The notes beneath the pieces were generated by a model that was not told the DNA's origin, ran no database searches, and saw only the letters and a list, made by a program, of their open reading frames with translations. The position numbers and the translations under genes were made by a program. This document shows positions 58,668 to 64,000 of a stretch of DNA of 64,000 nucleotides, one piece after another. Position 1 is the first letter of the stretch. Each line of letters opens with the position of its first letter. Origin of the DNA: Treponemataceae bacterium (GTDB taxonomy: Bacteria > Spirochaetota > Spirochaetia > Treponematales > Rectinemataceae); NCBI GenBank assembly GCA_963667725.2, contig CAXXHO010000003.1, positions 1,568,001 through 1,632,000 on the forward strand, given 5' to 3'.

Positions 58668-59179
58668 AGCCAACAACGGGAGTACTCGCGATTACCGCCG
58701 AGCGGATCCGTCAGATCCAGGACGAAGGATTCCTGCCCGACCATGATGATGCACACCGGAACGGGGAGCTTACCCAAGCTGCCGCGGCCTATGCGTACCC
58801 GGAGCAAGAGGGCGTGACCATGCTCTTCCAGGACTTCCGTGGCGGAGTACTCTTCCCCGCGTCCTGGGACTCATCATGGTGGAAGCCGGGGACGGGAGCT
58901 TTCCTTGCGGGACGGAAGCGCGAGCTTGAGAAGGCTGGCGCACTCATCGCCGCCGAATGGGACCGGCTCGAACGCCTCGAAGAAAAGCTTCAAAGCTTCG
59001 ATGGTAAGAACAATGATTCCTTATCCTGGATCGACTGGTACGAGCTGCTGCAGGAGTACTCCTTCGTCCTTGGCCATGGAAGAGAGCTTATCACCGGATG
59101 CGGCGATGAATGCTGGAAGAGTCTCTATAACGAAGGCTTCGACATTCCGGAAGCATTCCGGGCAGGATTCGAGGAATGA
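58664..59179 (+). CDS. Conserved phage protein
   Basis: AERIRQI..EG....HDD.H..GEL..AAAAYA...WWKP...RELEKAGALIAAE.DRL, a pattern I recognise from phage early regions. Confidence 0.75.
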   Translation: MKPTTGVLAITAERIRQIQDEGFLPDHDDAHRNGELTQAAAAYAYPEQEGVTMLFQDFRGGVLFPASWDSSWWKPGTGAFLAGRKRELEKAGALIAAEWDRLERLEEKLQSFDGKNNDSLSWIDWYELLQEYSFVLGHGRELITGCGDECWKSLYNEGFDIPEAFRAGFEE

Positions 59180-59658
59180 GCGTCTCCCCGGCCGAAGCGG
59201 GCTTCTTCACCCTGAAGGACGGCATCTACGCCGCCCCGCTCGCTTCTCCAGGAGGGGCGAGCGCGATGTCCTTCTTCGTCCAGGGGGATCCCCTTTCAGC
59301 ATCCTATGGGAGCCGAATCGTTTCTGCCGTCTCGCGCATGAAACGTACCCCATTTGCCGGTGCCCTCGAATTGAACCTGCAGTTCCTGTTCAACCGTCCG
59401 AAGAAGGACTCAGTCAGGTTCATACGCGAGCATGCCTCTTTCATCGCTTCCCTCGAGGAGACAACCAGCCGGACGCTCTCCCGGGCAAGTACCTGGCTCG
59501 ATGAGACGCAGGTGATACGCACCCAGTCAGTAAAGCGCTATGCCCTCCCGGAAGAAACGCCGGGGGTGCATATAGAAATCGTCACCTTGCCTCAAACCCT
59601 GGAGCGGGGGTTCTCAAAAACCTCCTTACCCCGTGCCAGGGCACGAGGCTCTTTTTAG
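59176..59658 (+). CDS. RusA-like resolvase-fold protein, degenerate
   Basis: FFVQGDP, GALELNLQFLFNRPK, WLDETQV, KRY, PGVHIEI; DxDN motif absent. Confidence 0.6.
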   Translation: MSVSPAEAGFFTLKDGIYAAPLASPGGASAMSFFVQGDPLSASYGSRIVSAVSRMKRTPFAGALELNLQFLFNRPKKDSVRFIREHASFIASLEETTSRTLSRASTWLDETQVIRTQSVKRYALPEETPGVHIEIVTLPQTLERGFSKTSLPRARARGSF

Positions 59659-59669
59659 GACCATTTGAA

Positions 59670-59870
59670 ATGACCGTAGTGATTGATGGGAGAAAGATCA
59701 CGGGGCTCACCCGGATCTACAACGAACTGGGCGCGAGTACGCCTGAAGCGATGCAGGAAGCACGATCCTGCCTCGATACGGGGCGCCCCTACAAGGGCCA
59801 CACCATCGCGCACGAGGTGCCGGAAACGCGTCCTTCCGAACCCGGCGCCCGTCCCGCAGGATGGTGGTGA
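59670..59870 (+). CDS. Hypothetical phage protein
   Basis: AGGA RBS; operon context. Confidence 0.5.
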   Translation: MTVVIDGRKITGLTRIYNELGASTPEAMQEARSCLDTGRPYKGHTIAHEVPETRPSEPGARPAGWW

Positions 59871-60376
59871 GCATGCGTATTCCCCTTTTGGAACGAATAA
59901 AGACCTTCTTCAAGGCACAGACGGGTCATGTCCGGGTGGGAAGAACCTGGATCTCTACGAGCGAGTTCCTGGCCAGTGAAGAAGAAAAACGGCAGGCAAG
60001 GATTCCTCCTATGAACGATATCTCGGGGGAGGCAGTCCTTGAGGTGCTCTTCGAGCCTGAGCGGCAGCTTGAGCTCTTCGAAGGCGTTCCCACCTGCGGG
60101 GCGACGATCAATGCGCGGTTCGCCGAGTTCCATAAGAAGAATCCTCATGTCTATAGGATCCTTGTACGCCTCGCCCTCGATGACGCTGCTTCAGGAGGCA
60201 GGCGAGGCATAGCCGCCCTCTTTGAGGATCTCCGCGATAGCGAGATCCCCACGGACCATGGCCAGGAGGTGTTCAAACTGAACAACAGCTACGCCTCACG
60301 GTACGTCCGCCTGATGATGAAAAACGAGCCCCGTCTTGTGGGGCACTTCGAGACTAGGGAGTTGAAAGCGCTATGA
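59861..60376 (+). CDS. Conserved phage protein (start uncertain)
   Basis: FAEFHKKNPHVY...FKLNNSY...Y.RLMM..EP.L.G.FETR. Confidence 0.7.
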   Translation: MVVSMRIPLLERIKTFFKAQTGHVRVGRTWISTSEFLASEEEKRQARIPPMNDISGEAVLEVLFEPERQLELFEGVPTCGATINARFAEFHKKNPHVYRILVRLALDDAASGGRRGIAALFEDLRDSEIPTDHGQEVFKLNNSYASRYVRLMMKNEPRLVGHFETRELKAL

Positions 60377-61947
60377 ATAGAGAAGCACCGGCTACCTCGA
60401 TGAATGAAAAGATCCAGCATATCCCGCTCGAGAAGATCGTTCCCTCCCCGAAGAACCGAAACGTCGGCGGGTTCGACAAGGAGAAGCTCGAGCAGCTCGC
60501 CGACAGCATCCGCTCGATCGGCGTCCAGCAGCCGGCGATTGTCCGCCCCGCAGGCGATCACTTCGAACTGGTTGCAGGCGAGCGCCGGTGGCGAGCGTCT
60601 TCCCTCGCAGGAGTGCCCACGCTCCCCTGCATAGTCCGGGACCTCGATAACGCGGCCGCACTCCATATCCAGCTCATCGAGAATCTGCAGCGGGAAGACA
60701 TCCATCCGCTCGATGAGGCCGAAGGCTTCCATAGGCTCATCGAAGAAGGACATTACGAGATCGAATTCATCGCGAAAGAAACAGGCCGGTCCGCCGTGTA
60801 TGTCTATCAACGGCTCAAGCTTCGAAAGCTCATTCCTGCAGCCCGTTCCCTGCTTGCCGGCGGGAAGATTTCCGCAGGGCATGCGAATCTCATCGCGCGG
60901 CTGCCTCCTAAGCAGCAGCATGAGGCGCTCAAGATTCTGGACCGTCCATGGCTGGTGTCGATCAAGGACTTTGACGAACAGATCAGGCACGAGATCCTCA
61001 TGGAACTTTCCCGAGCAGCCTGGAAGCTTCATGATGCCGACCTTCTTCCTGCCGCGGGGCCATGTTCTTCCTGCTCGAAACGGACCGGCGCCGAACCACA
61101 GCTCTTCGCGGAACTTGGCAAGAAGGACTGCTGTGCGGACAAGACCTGCTTCGAGGCAAAAGAGAACGCCTTCATCGCGAAGAAGCAGGCAGCCCTTGAG
61201 GGGATCGAGCACCTCGAAGTCCTCGATGGGTATTCCGAAGAACGCGAGGCCATCGCGCTCGCCCCGCACGAATGGACCGAATGCAAGAAGAGCGACGAAG
61301 GAGCGGTCCGCGTCCTCGTGGTCGGCGGGAACAAGCCTGGGAGGCTCACCTGGGGGAAGAAACGGGCGTATGTAAAGACGCAGGCACAGAAGAAGGAAGA
61401 GCGTACTAAGGAGAAGCAGATCGAGAAGGCCCGGAACGAGTATGCCCTCTCCCTCTATGAAGGGATCCTCGAGCGGTTCAATGACGTCGAGGGGCTCTCC
61501 CTTCCCCTGCTTCGATCCTCGCTCCTGCAGGTCTGGAAGAATCTCGGCTTCGAGGGGATGAAACGGATCGCGAAGCTCGAAGGGTGGGCAGATCCGGACT
61601 ATAACAACACCTTCCTAAAAAACCACCTGGAGACGCTCAACCGCGGGAGCCTTGAGCGGCTTCTTCTCGTTTTCGCCTTCGGTATCCACAGCAAGGTGAA
61701 TCAGTACAACAGGGGGATCGACAGGGCGCTCATCGAAGGCGCGACAGCCGCAGGCATTGATGCCGCCCCGCTCCTCGAGAAGATCGCCGGAGCCTACGGC
61801 CTGACCGCAGATGATATCGACCCGCGGGGCGCCCCCGGCGAGAAAGATGATGCCAACGATGACGCCACTGAAGATGAGGCGACTGAAGACGAGAATCCTG
61901 ACGATGAAAGTGCCCGCGATACGACGCCTGCGGAGGCAACCGTATGA
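60373..61947 (+). CDS. ParB/RepB/Spo0J-family protein with Cys-rich central domain
   Basis: LADSIRSIGVQQP, LVAGERRWRA, ENLQREDIHPLDEA, GPCSSC...CC.DKTCF, acidic tail. Confidence 0.9.
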   Translation: MNREAPATSMNEKIQHIPLEKIVPSPKNRNVGGFDKEKLEQLADSIRSIGVQQPAIVRPAGDHFELVAGERRWRASSLAGVPTLPCIVRDLDNAAALHIQLIENLQREDIHPLDEAEGFHRLIEEGHYEIEFIAKETGRSAVYVYQRLKLRKLIPAARSLLAGGKISAGHANLIARLPPKQQHEALKILDRPWLVSIKDFDEQIRHEILMELSRAAWKLHDADLLPAAGPCSSCSKRTGAEPQLFAELGKKDCCADKTCFEAKENAFIAKKQAALEGIEHLEVLDGYSEEREAIALAPHEWTECKKSDEGAVRVLVVGGNKPGRLTWGKKRAYVKTQAQKKEERTKEKQIEKARNEYALSLYEGILERFNDVEGLSLPLLRSSLLQVWKNLGFEGMKRIAKLEGWADPDYNNTFLKNHLETLNRGSLERLLLVFAFGIHSKVNQYNRGIDRALIEGATAAGIDAAPLLEKIAGAYGLTADDIDPRGAPGEKDDANDDATEDEATEDENPDDESARDTTPAEATV

Positions 61948-62795
61948 ACCAGGATCAGGTGAAGGAGAAGCTCCTTTCTTTGAAGGTTCCCTGCCCGGAC
62001 TTCACCCTCGTGTTTTCAGGCAAAGCCTCCTGCCGAGTGAACGGCCTCTACAAGCCCGCCCTCGCCTCGATCGTCCTTCACAACAAAAATTTCACGAACG
62101 ACAACGCTCTCATGTATACCGCCCTCCACGAGTTCACCCATCACCTTGCACATACGCGAAACCTCGTCTCAGGAAGGAATGCACACTCGATCGCCTTCTG
62201 GGCGCTTTTCCACTCCCTTCTGAAGCTCGCGATCGAGGAAGGCGTCTATGTGGATCCCTACCTCGAGGACGAAGCCTTGAAGGCGAAACGTGAAGAGATC
62301 CTCGAACTCCAAAGGCAGCAGAACGAACTCAATAGAAAGCTAGGGCAAGCAATCGCCGAGATGGAGACCCTCTCCCAGGAGAAGGGCGCCCGCTTGGAGG
62401 ACTTCCTCGATCGTCATGCACGGATCCCAAGGAACCATGCCCAGAATCTCGTCAAAGCGCAGCACAACGTCGCGTTGAGCAATGTCGAGGCCGCAGGCTC
62501 GCCTTCCCTCGTGGAAGCGATCGTGAACCAGGGCGAGGACATGAGCCATGCGGCCGCTATGGCGAACCAGGGATGCTCGATCCAACAGATCAAGGCGGTT
62601 TGCCGACAGAAGAAAGTAATCGATCCCCGTTTCGACCCGGGAGAGGCCCAGACGGATGAGGAGAGGCTTGAGAAAGCCAAGAAAGAGCTGTCCGGGGAAT
62701 ACAAGAAGAAAGAACGAGTGGAGCGAAGGATCGACGAGCTTTCGCGCGAGATCGAGGTCCTCGAGGATCCAGGACAAGGAGAAGCCCATGGATAA
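61944..62795 (+). CDS. HExxH zinc-metalloprotease-like protein with coiled coils
   Basis: VNGLY, TALHEFTHH, AHSIAFW (SprT/WLM-like zincin). Confidence 0.7.
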   Translation: MNQDQVKEKLLSLKVPCPDFTLVFSGKASCRVNGLYKPALASIVLHNKNFTNDNALMYTALHEFTHHLAHTRNLVSGRNAHSIAFWALFHSLLKLAIEEGVYVDPYLEDEALKAKREEILELQRQQNELNRKLGQAIAEMETLSQEKGARLEDFLDRHARIPRNHAQNLVKAQHNVALSNVEAAGSPSLVEAIVNQGEDMSHAAAMANQGCSIQQIKAVCRQKKVIDPRFDPGEAQTDEERLEKAKKELSGEYKKKERVERRIDELSREIEVLEDPGQGEAHG

Positions 62796-62912
62796 AGCAT
62801 TGTTGTTCCTGTTGATCTTGAAGCGGCTAATCCCCGCCCTGGTCAAGATTCAGGAAGACCTGGAGAAGTATTCCGCCGTCCTCACCGAAGGGCTCTCAAA
62901 GGACAAGGCGCC

Positions 62913-63272
62913 ATGAGCAAAGGGCAACTCGAGCTTGACATGACGGAGCGGATCCCCAAGGAGGCGCTCCACGCCGAGGATCCCTATGCGCTCGATTCCA
63001 GGATCCCGGTGGAGGAAGTCCCCTTCCAGTATGGAAAGGTCAAGCTTCGGAAGCTCGAGAACGGTCTCTGGATATGGGGCATGCGCTATGCCCTCCCCGT
63101 GAAAGGCTGCGGTGGTGATTTCCAGCCCTTCAGGGCACATGGACCTGCGTATGCGGCCCATTCCCGTGAGGAGGCGATCGGCAATGCGATCTCCTGGCTG
63201 AAGGAACGCTTCGACCTTAGCGCGGTGAGAATAGTTCGCGATTTCATGGATTCGAGCGTGGGCATGTCTTGA
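62913..63272 (+). CDS. Hypothetical phage protein
   Basis: ATGA overlap with a short upstream ORF (62788-62916). Confidence 0.6.
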   Translation: MSKGQLELDMTERIPKEALHAEDPYALDSRIPVEEVPFQYGKVKLRKLENGLWIWGMRYALPVKGCGGDFQPFRAHGPAYAAHSREEAIGNAISWLKERFDLSAVRIVRDFMDSSVGMS

Positions 63273-63388
63273 AGGCAGCCCAGCTCGCCAAGGTGACACA
63301 GGGTGTTTTCCCTCCTCGGGGAGGAACTTGTTGGTCGTGCTTCGAGTGTACGCCTTGAGGAGGGCTTTTTAATGGAAGGAGGGAGAGC

Positions 63389-63637
63389 ATGAGGATTGGA
63401 TCGTTGTGGATTAGGGAGAAGGAAGGAAAGAAGGTGACGGGTGGGGAGATCTCCTCGGATTCAGGGATCAACCTGCCCGCCGGGATGAAACTCCAGTGCA
63501 GACTCGTGAGGAATGAAAAGAAGCAGCCGGGCGACAGGTATCCGGATTTTTATGTTGAAGCCTGGGTGGCTCGGGAAAAGAAAGCTTCAAGTACCCCCAG
63601 CGGGGCGCCGCATAATGACGATGACTACCCGTTCTAA
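63389..63637 (+). CDS. Small DUF736-like protein with SSB-type acidic tail
   Basis: AGGAGG RBS; RIGSLW...N.KK.....PDF.V; C-terminus DDDYPF. Confidence 0.7.
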   Translation: MRIGSLWIREKEGKKVTGGEISSDSGINLPAGMKLQCRLVRNEKKQPGDRYPDFYVEAWVAREKKASSTPSGAPHNDDDYPF

Positions 63638-63653
63638 GGAGAAGGCGAACACG

Positions 63654-63941
63654 ATGAAAACTGAATCGATCGGTCCCACGCAGCGAAAGGTACTCGAGGT
63701 CATGGCGGACTTGGAATGGTGGACGGTCCGGCGCCTAGTAGAATCGCTTCACAGTACTGGCGCAGAGAAGGCGGTATTCAGGCTCTTCGAGCGGGGCTTC
63801 GTTGAGAAACGCCTTGGACGCGGGCTTCCTGTGCACCATGAAATGAGGCTCACCCTTGAAGGTGTCGATGCGTACCTCGAAGGTTCGGAGAACCCCTCCA
63901 AGGCAGAGACTCAGGAGCTCGAGCCAAGGCTCTTTGCATGA
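63654..63941 (+). CDS. Winged-helix protein
   Basis: AAGGAG RBS; TQRKVLEVM...AVFRLFERGFVEK...MRLTLEG. Confidence 0.7.
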   Translation: MKTESIGPTQRKVLEVMADLEWWTVRRLVESLHSTGAEKAVFRLFERGFVEKRLGRGLPVHHEMRLTLEGVDAYLEGSENPSKAETQELEPRLFA

Positions 63942-64000
63942 AGCTGTACCATTTCACGAATCGGGAATGCGCGCGAAGGATTGCTCAGGAAGGGATCACG
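63938..64000 (+). CDS. Partial ORF (3'-truncated), possible ADP-ribosyltransferase fold
   Basis: ATGA overlap; MKLYHFTNRECARRIAQEGIT. Confidence 0.45.
   Translation, partial: MKLYHFTNRECARRIAQEGIT

Larger units (their letters stand above)
48375..64000. mobile_element. Prophage or phage-like integrative element next to tRNA-Pro (left part only; boundary approximate)
   Basis: Integrase beside the tRNA, composition shift, divergent repressor switch, long + strand operon of short overlapping phage-type ORFs; attR and virion genes are not in the window. Confidence 0.85.

Noticed and set aside
61846..61910. GATGA-rich short repeats
   Set aside because: They encode the low-complexity acidic tail of the ParB-like protein

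Overview
Bacterial chromosome segment, most consistent with a GC-rich spirochaete (inferred from the fused PyrBI, stand-alone groL and gene content). Bases 1-48125 are mostly housekeeping: a liv-type ABC transporter, glmS, birA, hflX, argF, groL, a TRAP/DUF2264 locus with a membrane-embedded AraC regulator, a MarR-ABC exporter, trxA, rpiB, pyrBI, tdh and RNA-modifying enzymes. After tRNA-Asp(GTC) and tRNA-Pro(CGG) an integrated prophage-like element begins and runs off the right edge. It carries a tyrosine integrase, an intact IS1016-group IS1595 element, and an AT-rich five-gene cassette resembling a circular (head-to-tail) bacteriocin cluster with an unusual, fully uncharged 45-aa predicted core. 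It also carries a lambda-like repressor switch with three operators spaced exactly 33 bp apart, a structured non-coding region with two aberrant tRNA-like modules (one lacks an anticodon arm), and an early operon with apparently catalytically degenerate MazG-like and RusA-like proteins. All family assignments come from motif recognition by eye; no searches were run.
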